DNA of 64,000 nucleotides from Cirrosporium novae-zelandiae. Its lineage: Eukaryota. A program made the position numbers and the translations under genes. The stretch spans positions 62,001-126,000 of the forward strand of contig JAPETS010000052.1 of the NCBI GenBank assembly GCA_026023565.1, in the 5' to 3' direction. Below, in pieces: positions 12,299 to 24,733 of the stretch (its first letter is position 1; each line of letters begins with the position of its first letter). The notes below the pieces were generated by a model, which had not been told where the DNA came from, ran no database searches, and worked only from the letters and a program-made list of their open reading frames with translations.

Positions 12299-15200
12299 AT
12301 GTTGCAAGACGAGACTCTAACGGTCGCCTCTGCCTTTCTCAGAAACCTTGCGAGGGGAGGCGACTCGCCAGCCTACAGAGCCTCGAACTCGTTAACACCT
12401 ACGGATCGGAAAAGCCTGCAATGTCCGGAATTACCTGGCGAGGACAATGAAGCAAAGGCTGCGCTTCAACGTGATTTGGCCGCATTGGCCCTGAGGATTG
12501 AACGTTTGGAGGAAAAAGCAGAGACAATCAACTGTTCGCCTTTACCAGACACGCCGAATGAACTTGGGCTTGCAACGTCCCCATTTGATGGCAGGAGTCC
12601 TGTTCGATCGCTCCGATCTGGCGTGTCGGTACGACACGACTCAACTTCTCGTTCTAACAGGGTAAACAACCTTCTTGCTGCTCGAGAGGCTAGAAATGGA
12701 GATCAGGAAGTCCCTCCTCGAATAATGGGTGAAGATGATATTTCGTACCTTCGCGAACACGTGGAAAGACAAACTGAAGAGATCAAAAGTCAGCGCGAAA
12801 CAATCCAAAGTATTAGCGAAGAGCTTCGGCAGCAACAAGAACATACGGGGGCTTTTACAAAGAACAAGGACGCCGATGTTCGTGTGCTAGAACGGGAACT
12901 CAAGAAGCACCAACAAGCCAACGAGGCTTTCCAAAAAGCCCTTCGTGAGATTGGTACTATTGTTACGAATGTCGCAAACGGTGATCTTACTATGAAAGTC
13001 CAAATTCATCCTGTGGAACTTGATCCGGAAATAACAACGTTCAAACGGACAATCAACAAAATGATGGATCAGCTTCAAGTGTTTGGTAGTGAAGTGTCTC
13101 GGGTAGCTCGAGAGGTCGGGACGGAAGGGAAATTGGGTGGGCAGGCGCAAATCACCGGCGTTGACGGTATCTGGAAAGAATTGACTGAAAATGGTAATGT
13201 TTTCTATCTTGTATGTATGCTATATACACTACTAATACAAACGTCAGTCAATGTGATGGCTAAGAACTTGACCGATCAAGTCCGAGAAATCGCAGCGGTC
13301 ACCAAAGCTGTAGCTCATGGTGACCTCAGCCAGAAGATTCAAAGACCAGCTGAAGGGGAAATCGCATTGTTACAGGGTACAATAAACACTATGGTGGAAA
13401 ATCTACGGCGGTTTGCTACTGAAGTTACTAGAGTCGCTCGTGATGTAGGAACTGAAGGTATATTAGGGGGTCAGGCTAAGATAGATGGCGTTCAAGGAAT
13501 GTGGAATGACTTAACGGTTAATGTTAACGCTATGGCTACTAATCTCACAACTCAAGTTCGTGACATTGCAAAGGTGACTACCGCTGTCGCCAAAGGTGAC
13601 TTGACGCAGAAGGTGGAAGCAAACTGCAGAGGAGAAATCCTGGAGCTAAAGAACACGATCAATCAAATGGTAGGTCAATTGAGACAATTCTCGCAGGAAG
13701 TCACCAAGATTGCGAAGGAAGTCGGGACGGACGGTCAACTGGGTGGACAAGCTACTGTTCATGACGTTGAAGGAACCTGGAAAGATTTAACAGAAAACGT
13801 GAATGGAATGGCCAACAACCTTACCACACAGGTGCGAGAAATTGCGGACGTCACAACAGCTGTTGCAAGAGGTGATTTGACTAAGAAAGTCACGACTGAT
13901 GCACGTGGCGAGATCCTGGAACTGAAGAATATCATCAACTACATGGTTGACAGACTTAATGTTTTCGCTTTCGAAGTGAGCAAGGTTGCTCGAGAAGTCG
14001 GTACTGACGGTGTCCTTGGTGGCCAGGCGAAAGTCGACGATGTTGAAGGCAAATGGGAAGATCTTACGAATAATGTCAACGTCATGGCCCAAAATCTTAC
14101 TTCTCAGGTCAGAAGCATTTCGGACGTCACGCAAGCTATTGCACGAGGCAACCTTAGCAAGAAGATCGAGGTTCCTGCTCAGGGCGAGATGCTTACGTTG
14201 AAGAACACTATAAACAACATGGTCGACCGTTTAGACAGGTTTGCTGCTGAACTAAAACGTGTAGCCCGCGATGTGGGAGTGGACGGAAAGATGGGTGGCC
14301 AAGCTAATGTTGAAGGAGTCGAAGGTCGTTGGAAGGAGATCACAGAGGATGTCAACACCATGGCTGACAATCTAACGTCTCAAGTGCGAGCATTCGGCGA
14401 AATTACCGAAGCAGCTATCTCGGACAGAGATTTCTCCAGGTTCATTACCGTTGATGCTTCGGGCGAAATGGACGAACTTAAGCAGAAGATCAACAAAATG
14501 GTTTCTGACCTCCGAGATAGTATCCAGAGGAATAACCAGGCAAGAGAAGCGGCCGAGCTTGCTAACAGAACGAAATCAGAATTCCTAGCGAATATGAGTC
14601 ACGAAATCCGGACGCCCATGAATGGTATAATTGGCATGACCCAGTTAACCCTGGATAGTGATGAATTAAAACCCTATCCTCGGGAGATGTTGAACGTCGT
14701 CCACAACCTCGCAAACAGTTTACTAACTATTATCGACGATATCCTGGATATTTCTAAAATTGAGGCTAATCGTATGGTTATTGAGACCATTCCGTTTCCA
14801 CTCAGAGGCACCGTCTTCAACGCTTTGAAGACATTGGCTGTCAAGGCAAATGAACGATATCTCACACTCTGCTACCAGGTTGACAGTAGTGTTCCAGATT
14901 ATGTTATCGGTGACCCATTCCGATTACGTCAAGTTATCCTCAACCTAGTTGGAAATGCAATCAAGTTTACGGAGAGTGGAGAAGTGAAGTTGACGATCAA
15001 GAATGCCGAGAATCCCAAATGTGCCGACAATGAATACTGTTTTGAGTTTGCGGTATCTGATACCGGTATTGGAATACAAGAAGATAAACTGGACATGATA
15101 TTTGATACATTCCAGCAGGCTGATGGTTCAACCACGAGGAAGTTTGGTGGAACAGGCTTAGGTCTTTCCATCTCGAAAAAACTAGTCGACCTCATGGGCG

Positions 15201-16475
15201 GAGATGTTTGGGTTACATCGAGTTACGGAACAGGAAGCACCTTCTACTTTACTTGTGTGGTTAAACTCGGGAAAGGAGATGCAAGCGTCTTGGAAACACC
15301 ATTACAGCCGTACAAACATCATCGTGTCCTCTTTATTGACAAGGGGAAGACTGGATGTGCTTCAGAGTTGACCTCTATGCTTGAGGAATTGGATCTCGTA
15401 CCTATGGTAGTATCAAAAGAAGAAGATGTTCCTTCACCAGAGTTGCCTTCATCAAAGAAGAACGCGTCTAATCACGCCTATGACGTTATCATTGTTGACT
15501 CGGAGGCTACCGCACGGAGGTTACGCACTGTTGAAGAATTTAAATATGTCCCTCTTGTTTTACTTTGCCCTGTGGTGTCATTAAGTCTGAAGTCTGCCCT
15601 TGATCTTGGCATTTCATCATACATGACCACTCCATGTCGCACAATTGATCTAGGGAATGCCATGATACCCGCGCTCGAAGGAAGAGCAGGGCCGCTTACC
15701 ACAGACCACTCCAGGTCCTTTGATATTCTTCTTGCCGAAGACAATGAGGTCAACCAAAAGCTTGCTGTCAAGATCTTACAGAAATACAATCATGGAGTGA
15801 CGGTAGCCAACAACGGATTAGAGGCATTCGAGGCAATACAAAAGAAACGATATGATGTCATTTTGATGGATGTTCAAATGCCTATTATGGGGGGATTTGA
15901 GGCCACCGCAAAAATCCGAGAGTTTGAGCGCGAGGCCGCCTTGAGTCGAACTCCAATTATAGCTCTTACCGCACATGCCATGCTTGGGGATCGAGAGAAG
16001 TGTATTCAAGCTCAGATGGATGTCAGTTCTTATTAACCCTGTTCCCTTTATACCATTAGACATGTACTAATATATCTTAGGAATACCTCTCAAAACCGCT
16101 CAAGCAGAATCAAATGATGCAAACTATTCTGAAATGCGCTACCTTAGGAGGTTCCCTGCTCGAACGTTCGAAAGAAACTAGAATATCGGCGAATGATAAT
16201 CTTCCAACGAGTCTTACTACGCCCATTAAGGCAACTCATACATCAAAATCGGAGAAAAAAACCAAGTCTCAGAGCGCGTTCAGACCACCAGTTGGTCATC
16301 GCGCGGTTACTGCGACTGCTGATAATGTGAATGCACGGGGTCACACAGAAAGCCCTGCCTTGGTACGAGCTGAAGAGCAGGACCCCATGGATAGGGTAAA
16401 GGATCATCCGGCATTCCAATGTCAGCAAAGCTGATATCTTTACAGCAGGTATTTACCCGGTCGCTGAGCAGTTAG
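12299..16475 (+). CDS. NIK1: Group III hybrid histidine kinase (Nik1/Os-1/NikA/DRK1 family): HAMP repeats, HisKA, HATPase, receiver
   Basis: ATG 12299 (MLQDETL). Six GD/NL-type HAMP units in ~92-aa repeats, H-box [16 protein letters not shown]-box [11 protein letters not shown]-boxes DTGIGI and GGTGLGL, receiver ILMDVQMP. Introns 13194-13247, 16022-16080 (MD/EYLSKP) and 16396-16445/16448. Confidence 0.95.
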
Positions 16476-18233
16476 GCGGAGCTTCTAATTCGTTCGGTCT
16501 CCAATGATTATATAATCCTCATATTTAGGTGTTACAACCGGAACGACCCTGGCGTTGCAATGGGCTTTACATTTTCTTAGAGGTCATTTGTATCTCCGAA
16601 TTACAGCAGTTGCCACCCCGGAGATCTGTGGGTATTCCATTAGTTTGGTGGCGGGTGGGAGTTTTGGCGTGAATCAGTTTTAGCGCGGATCAAGTCCAAT
16701 ATTGGATCTGTTTTGGGGGAACTTTTCAAGCATAAATTATTGTTAGTGTTATTAGGTACGCCAAACTCGGCAGGAAGAAATGAGACCCCATCCTGTTTTT
16801 TATTTTTTATTTTTCTGGTTATTGCAACATCCAACGATTGGGGTTTGATCGCGTTTGAAAGCACTCTTGTTTTCTTGTACATGGACTTTGATGAGATATT
16901 TTAGCATACGTCTAGTTAGCTAGCTCTTTGTTGTGCATTACTATGCCTCTGATTGAATGACTGAATGGCTGTAAGGCTGTTTAATGTACCGTTATCAATA
17001 TGGTTCCTCCTAGTTCATATTTATTTGTACATGTACATGGGAAAAGTGAATGGTATACAGTAAACGTTAAGGGAGGCGACAAGGAAGACGAAAATATATG
17101 AAATCAATCTATTACCGTTATTAAGTCTGTGCAGTGAGAAGGGCGGAGGCCCGAGACAAAATGAGGTTGAGAATGACTTTGTACAACATGTGTGTGGGGG
17201 GGAAGCCTCTTTTCTAAAAAGGCAAACCAGCCTGGCAATGATCCACAGTCATAAGGCTGGGCTGGCGGGCTCTGGAAGATATTTAGTGCGGCTCATTGTT
17301 CTATAGCTAGTCAATACTTTTTTGTAATGAAGCGTTTCTTTCCAGCCTAAGGCTAAAAGTCAACTAACCAATATAATGCTCGCGGCTGAGCATTCAGCCC
17401 CAGCCCCCCATCCCCCTTGTAGTATCACTTTTTATCTCATCTCCAAAAAACCTTGATATGATTAGTGAAACCTAGGTTGGAAAAAGAAGTAAAAGAAAAA
17501 GAAAAATCTTTTTTTTTATAATTAAATAAAACTTTCAAAAGAGTTGCTCGGATGTAAACGATGAAATTGGTTGTGTTAGAAGGACCGGTGGGGACCCTAG
17601 GACCCCCAGACGGAGGGGTGAAGATTGGAAGGCACTGGAGGCACCGGGGGAGAGAACCTTGGTACATGATTAATGTCATTAATTAATGTCCTGTGGTATT
17701 GTTATTATTGCGCAAAGCCTTCACATACACAGAGTGTTATGGAGCTTAGCCACCACAACCTCGCGATTGCTCTTGCGGTACGTAGTAACTGAGTTCCTCC
17801 CCCGTTAATGTTAGCTATTTCTCTGTCCCCCACATCCTTTATCCTCTTCCTTTGAGTTGAACTCTCAAATATCGCTCTTTTTAATATTTTAGTTAATCAC
17901 AATATCCCTTTTATCGGGCTTGATGTTAAAGAGCTGGCGGACGATTCGGGCCAACTTCGTGTTGTTGTTTGAGGTACGTCGGATAACTACATAACTGCAT
18001 CGTCAGCTTCGACTACTTACACTCGGCAGCATCTAATATCCTTTACTCTATAACTCCTGTGACCCCCTCTGCGACAATCCCCGCCGATTCTTCCAATCCC
18101 ATTTCTCTTTTTAACCTACCATTTTTTCCCACTCAAAGCGAACAAGGCGCATCTCCACCAACACAGCCTAGCGGAGCCTCATGGTTGCCCGACTACACTA
18201 GCAAACCACTTTGAATTATTACTTGGCTCCAAA

Positions 18234-21200
18234 ATGTCATACTTTCCTGATGATACTCCCACCCAGGATCTTCAGTCACAACTTGACTGCTGTCAAATGT
18301 TTCGCGCACAGCTACAAGATCAAGCGCAAAGACAACAAATTGAAGAAGAAATACAAGATCTGGAGAACAGTTTACGCCGAAGGCAAGTGCAAGAGACCAT
18401 GAACATGCCGGCATCAGTATACTCGCCGCTACAGATGACAAGTGAGGCACAGAGTGAAGATCAAGCTGGTCCGTCCGATGTGACGTTTGGGTCTGGCTCA
18501 TGGACCGAAGATCCGGGTCGTGGGCAGTGGAGCTTCGAGAATATATCTCCGCTGGACTCTTCTTCGGTGGCACAGTCTGACTCGAGACGTTCGTCGATTG
18601 CGAACTCTTCGACACCGTCAATAACGCCGGCAAACATCCAGCAGCAGACGGAGCAGTTGAACCAACTCCCAAGTCGCAAACGTGTTCGCACTAGTCTAGG
18701 TCTTGACCCGATTCATGAGGCTGAAGTCAAATCACGCCGCATGACCCCATGCCCCGACACTTCGTCCTCAGCGTCCTCCTCGATCGAATCCTGGGGTCTT
18801 CCCGAGAGCCAAAGCCAGGTGCTTAGCCGTTTTCTCAGCGGGGACAAGAACCCCGATATGCCAGGGATTCGAAAACAGCAGGAAGATATACAGGAACGGA
18901 TACAGAGACAAGCAGAGCAAATACAAAGAGACGAAGAACACGCTCGCCAATTACAAAGCAATGCCTATCTTAATCCAGGATATTATTCCCAAGATCAAAT
19001 TCCACAAACCATTTCGAACCGAAATGGAGGAGGCTTCAAGAAACCTCCTCCGCCATTTCATGGTGCTGGGCCATCAAACTCCAACACTTTCGGTAATGAG
19101 CTCCCCATTAAAGACGAAATTCCTAGATCTCCCTCAACGCCAGCGTTCCGTTCAAATTTTACCTTGCCTTTAAAGCAGGAAACATCCAACCCATCTTATA
19201 CCCCGGCCTTTATGTTGACTCCAGGAAATTCTAAACCGACAATGCCAGTGTTCGGAAGACCAAGTTTTATGAAGCAGGAAAATGGTAATAGAATTAAAAG
19301 TGAATTTTCGATGACTGGTTTGTCTCGTCCAGCGACAAATCGAAATGGAACTACCTCAGGCTTTAGAAATAGCGATTTTATTGTGCTAGACGACAGTGAT
19401 GACTCTAACCATCAGCACTCTCCTTCTTTCACAAGTCATATTAACAGACAAGCACAGGGCTCTAATAAAAACGGCTTGGTTGATCTTTCAAGCGACAGCA
19501 GTGACATTGAAGAGATTAGACCACAGGATTTTCGGGCGCATGTTCGTCAACCGACATCGAATTTGAATAGAACGGGAGCAGGAAGACAGCCCATGCTATC
19601 TGGTTACAGCCAAAGCTTCCCATCATCAACTACAATGCCCTCCACCTTTCCCTACGGCTGCTCGGAAGGGTTAAATTCAAATGGCTCCGCTGGTTCGGGT
19701 ATGAATCCCCATGCTCTACCTCAAGGGGCTTACTCATATGTAACCTCAGGAATAGGAGGGCCAAATACATATTACCAGACTCCACCCCCAGGTCCATCTC
19801 AACCGCAAACTTATATGAACATGGCTCACAATGTAGTCAATACTCTGGGTACCGTCGCTGGTCAAGCTTATGATGATGTATCCGGGTATTTTGGTCACCA
19901 GCCTCACTATCGCCAGCACGGACAGGTTGGAGGTTTATCCAGATATAACTCTGATTTCTTCACCGATTATCAGAACTCCCCAACATCAATCTCATCTGAT
20001 GATGACATGGATATTATAGGGTCGAATAATTTTGCAGAAAATCCATACGATACCGACAACCCATTACACAAGTCATTCAATGACCGCTATGAATATCTAA
20101 CACATGACCCAACGAAATCATTCGGGGAAATCAAGGCATTACTTGAGAACATTCGACCCGATGAGGATCTGCCACCCGAAAATCGCGAAGGGACGCCTGA
20201 TGCAATGCGCTATCCATTAATGGAACACCAAAAGTTGGGACTCGCGTGGATGAAACGGATGGAAGAAGATTCTAACAAGGGTGGAATTCTTGCTGATGAT
20301 ATGGGCTTAGGTAAGACTATTCAGGCCCTTGCTCTTATCGTCTCTCGTCCGTCTCTAGATCGAGAGTGCAAGACAACGCTTATTGTCGCACCGGTGGCTC
20401 TTATGAAGCAATGGGAGAGGGAGATCGAAACCAAACTCAAGAAGGAGCACCGACTGTCAATATTCACTGTTTACGGAGCACATCGAAATGCAACCTGGAA
20501 GACCCTAAAGGAATATGATGTTGTATTGACCACCTTCGGCACCCTTGGGTCTGACTTGAAGCGAAACGAGGCTTGGGTCAAAGGTCAACTTAATAAAGAG
20601 CCTCAGCTTCCTCTGATTGGTGAGGACTCTAATTGGTACCGAGTGATTATCGACGAAGCACAATGTATCAAAAACAGAAAGACAAATACTGCAAAAGCCG
20701 CTTATTGCCTAAAAGCGCAGACGCGGTTTTGCATGAGTGGAACTCCAATGATGAACAATGTAGAGGAGTTATTTTCTCTAATCCATTTCCTCCGAATCAA
20801 GCCTTATTGTTCCTTGCCGAACTTTACAAAAGATTTCAGACCTCTACTGAAGCCCCCAAAGCGCGATGGTTCAGAGTCTTATTCCAGTTCTACGAGAAGA
20901 GACCAGGCTATGCAAAGGCTGCAAGCACTCCTGAAAGCTATTCTTCTCCGAAGAACTAAGAAATCCCAGATCGACGGTCAACCAATCTTAAGATTACCAC
21001 CAAGAACAACAGAAGTGAGGAATTCAGAGTTCAACGAGGACGAAGAATCATTCTATCGAGCACTTGAAACCAAAACCCAAGTTACATTCAACAAGTATCT
21101 CAAGGCTGGTACTGTTAATCGTAACTATTCAAATATACTAGTCCTGCTTTTACGATTACGCCAAGCTTGCTGTCACCCACACCTTATCAAAGACTTTTCT

Positions 21201-22566
21201 GTCGAGACCGGCATTAACACGTCAATAGAAGAAATGTTAGAGCTTGCCACACAACTTACATCACATGTAGTAACACGGCTTCGAGAACAGGATGCATTTG
21301 AATGTCCCGTGTGTTATGATGGTGTTGAGAACCCCACTATTTTCATACCCTGTGGGCATAATACATGTTCTGAATGCTTTGCTAGAATCTCGGATCCATC
21401 CCAGGCAATCGCACAGGGTCGAGAAACTGGTACGACGGAAATCAGATGTCCCGAGTGTCGTGGAAAGATTGAGGCAAAAAGGGTCATTGATTACAATACT
21501 TTCAAAAAGGTTTACATGCCAGAAAAGGATGCACTCCCGGACAGCGAGGGTGCTGTTGATGATGACGATGATGATGATGATGATGATGATGACGACGACG
21601 AATCTGATAGCGACACTGAGGACGAGCTTTCTGACGATGAGCTTTCTGACGACAGAGACCTAGCAGATTTTATCGTTGACGATGAAGATGATGATGATGA
21701 AGAAGAAGGAGAAGATAAAGTTCTTAAGGACAGTGACGAATTAGAATCAGAAAGTATCCAAGCTACAGGTGCTTCCAGTAGAACTACATCCAACAAAACA
21801 AAGCACAAAGGGAAGAGTGAAAAGCAAAAGAAGAAGAAGACCCAATCCAAAGGCAAAGGTAAGGAGCCAGATAAGAAGCGTCTGACTCTAGCGGAGCTCA
21901 AAAAAGAAAGCCTCAGGAACCAAAAGGCGCGCAAGAAATATATGAGACGGCTCAAGAAGGACTGGCAATCAAGCAGTAAAATCGATAAGACTATTGATAT
22001 TCTTAGCCAGGTTCGTGATCGTAAGGAAGGAGAGAAGACTATTGTTTTCAGCCAATTCACCTCGCTCCTGGATCTCCTTGAAATTCCCTGCTATGATAAG
22101 GGCTGGAAATATCAGCGCTATGATGGTAGCATGAGCGCCGTTGCCCGTAACGATGCTGTGGTTAAATTCTCAACCGACCCAACCTGCAATATTTTGTTGG
22201 TCTCCCTCAAAGCTGGGAACTCGGGTTTAAATCTTGTTGCCGCGTCTCAAGTTATCATCCTTGATCCCTTCTGGAACCCTTACATTGAAGAGCAAGCTAT
22301 TGATCGTGCGCACCGGATTGGTCAGCAAAGGGAAGTTGAGGTACATAAAATTTTGGTCGAGAACACTGTAGAAGATCGTATTGTTGAGTTGCAAGAGCGT
22401 AAAAGAAAGCTCATTGAGACTGCTCTCGATGAGAAAGCTGCCACAAGTCTTGGGCGCTTAGGACACAGAGAATTAGGCTTCCTTTTCGTAAGTATTTATT
22501 CCATCTCTACTTGATGCATTAGGTTTTAACGGATTCTTGTAGGGTGTCAATCGCTTAGACGACTAA
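18234..22566 (+). CDS. SNF2-family ATPase with inserted RING finger (Uls1/Ris1, Rad5/16-like)
   Basis: GGILADDMGLGKT, IIDEAQCIKN, RING CPVC...CGHNTCSEC...CPEC, DPFWNPYIEEQAIDRAHRIGQ. Terminal intron 22488-22542 gives GFLF/GVNRLDD*. N-terminal SIM-like motifs. Confidence 0.9.
21558..21599 (+). repeat. (GAY)14 trinucleotide tract encoding poly-Asp in the SNF2-RING gene
   Basis: Read directly; 14 consecutive Asp codons. Confidence 0.9.
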
Positions 22567-24385
22567 GACGGCCGCCTACCTGATCACCATTTCTGGAGAT
22601 GGTCTCAGATATCCCAAGTGTTTGGTTTTCTCCCTGTTATTCAGTTGAAAGTCAAACATTGTATTTCTCCTTGTCCTTTTATTGCCACGCCCCCGAAAGT
22701 AACTGTCTATTAATGCTACGAAATGATTTATCGGCTTGATGCCAAATCTCAGGTTCTCAACGGTTCTCGACGGTTATCAATTCAACAAACACCCTCTTTC
22801 CTACAGGCCTATTACGCTACTTTACAAGATACCCCCTGATTGCTTTATGGCTCTAGCTTTGGGCTTATAGTGACATCTTTGAATAGGCGCAACGGCTACT
22901 ATGACGGAACGGAATGGAAATTTTGTTAAGGGCGTATTGCGAAATTGGCTCTAACTCTAGTTTTAATGGCACTGGGACCGAAAATGTTCTAACGAAAGTG
23001 GTGGAAAATATTATAGTGGTGTATCGGGATTCTATGTTCTTTTTCTCGTATGTTACACCCTTCCCCGTTTTTTTATTTTCTGTCTAAAGTCTTCCAAAAA
23101 AGGATCAACGGGTTTTTTTGTACTTCCGTGTTTGTGGAGAATAAAGGAACGAGGAATCATGACATGGTTATGTATGTGATGGGTTCCCCAATACGCAAGC
23201 AAGCCTCGAATGAGTTTTTTTTCACTCTTTTTCATGCTTGTGGATTTAATTAGTTCATGTTTTTTTTTTTAGAAGCACCTTCCTAGAGAAGGTGCGTGGA
23301 TGGATAGTTTTAATACAAACGAGGCTGCGGGATAGGGGCCGGGATGGGGTATGGGACTACTTTGTTACTGTGAAAGGGGAATAGGATAGCTGGACCATCA
23401 ATACAAAATGAAATGCTAGAAATTTTCCTTTTTTTCTCCTTTCCTTTCTTTTCTTTCTTTATTTTGGTTTTGGGAGGATGGGGTGTTGAATGGCTGGGGG
23501 GGTTGAAAAAAAAGAAAGGAAATATAATGTGAGGGTGAAGATGGTTTGATGGGAAGAAAAGGGAGGAAGAAAGGGGGGGATTATGATGAAGATGTAATTT
23601 TAAAGAGTTGAATCCACAAAACTAACCCGTTAAACTGATTGGGTTTGGTTGCTTTGTTCTTTCATAATTACGAAAAGTACTGTACGTGTACGTGTATTTT
23701 TCGTTGTAACTATCCATCCGCACGCATAACAACAAGACTAGCTAACTAACATGACATTAATATTTAATGTTTCTTTAATATTATTGTTTTTCTTCACAGT
23801 CGTGGTTAAGCAACCAATATAAAAAACCCCTGTTTAAGGAAAGGGTCTATCTCTAAGGATATAAATAGATATAAATGGATATAGCTATGGGTAATATAAT
23901 TCTTAAACCTCACCCTCTAATCCCTAATTATAACCACAGGCCAAACCCGTATCCGTATTTTGAATATGGAACATGGTGGTGCGGTGGGACGGGGAGGTAG
24001 GTAGGTTACATTCTTCGTGTGAAGGTTCTTAGGGTCCGGATGTAATTTTTTTTGGGGGGGGGATTATTGGACCGTTTGTGTACATGTAAGGTCTGTAGGT
24101 TGGGTTAGCTGGTGTTTTTTTTGTTTTTTGTTTTTTGTTTTTTGTTAGGGAAGTTAGTTCTCTCTCTCTCAAGAGGGGAAATTAATGGTTAATGGTTAAC
24201 GGAAGGGGATATATTTCTTCTTCCTTTTTTTTGAAAATAAAATTCATGGTTTGGTGTTTGATGTTCGATGTTTGATGTTTGATGATAGATAACCGTCTTC
24301 CAACTACCTAGGTACCTAAATCCCTATTCTCCGATTTCCTCTTTTATCTAGAGCCTTTTCTCTCCCACGGCCCGAGTCTCCCCGG

Positions 24386-24733
24386 CTATGTGATGTGCTT
24401 TGGGAGCTTCTTCTTGTACAGTATGTCGAGATCGGGTAAAGTGTGGAAGCTGCCTAAGTTGGAGGGGGGGAAGGGGGGCAGTTCAGAGCATTCTTCGTTG
24501 GAGGGCACGCGAATTGTACGGTTGAAGGAGGGTTTTAGGTTGTGTGGTCTTTTAGGGTTGTGTGGTCTGTGGTTTATTTGGAGGTAGCTGTGGGTTTTGG
24601 ATTTGGTTGATTTGGGCGATAGTATGTAGGTTAGTGTTAGGGGGGGGGGGGGTTAGGGTTCTTCTGGTGGGGTTGAGGTTGAGGCTGAGGTGTAGGTGGG
24701 AAGGAGGGATAAAATAGTCGTGGGGAAATGCAT
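24386..24733 (-). pseudogene. Possible degenerate small (secreted?) protein gene: 116 codons with one internal TAA
   Basis: ATG 24733 and TAG 24386 are in one frame, interrupted only by TAA at 24655-24653 beside a C13 run. N-terminus MHFPTTILSLLPTYTSA is weakly signal-peptide-like. No homology support. Confidence 0.3.

Noticed and set aside
13000..14460. Approximately 276-bp periodic nucleotide similarity
   Set aside because: Explained by the HAMP repeats of the kinase; it is not a CRISPR array or mobile repeat.
21512..22060. 182-aa Ser-rich antisense ORF (and a similar one at 6350-6685)
   Set aside because: Shadow of Asp/Glu-rich coding sequence on the opposite strand.
23275..23295. 8-bp inverted repeat GCACCTTC/GAAGGTGC (and GGGGGGTA/TACCCCCC near 24895-24917)
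   Set aside because: Too short to exceed chance in 64 kb; no TIR/TSD or RNA-gene context.
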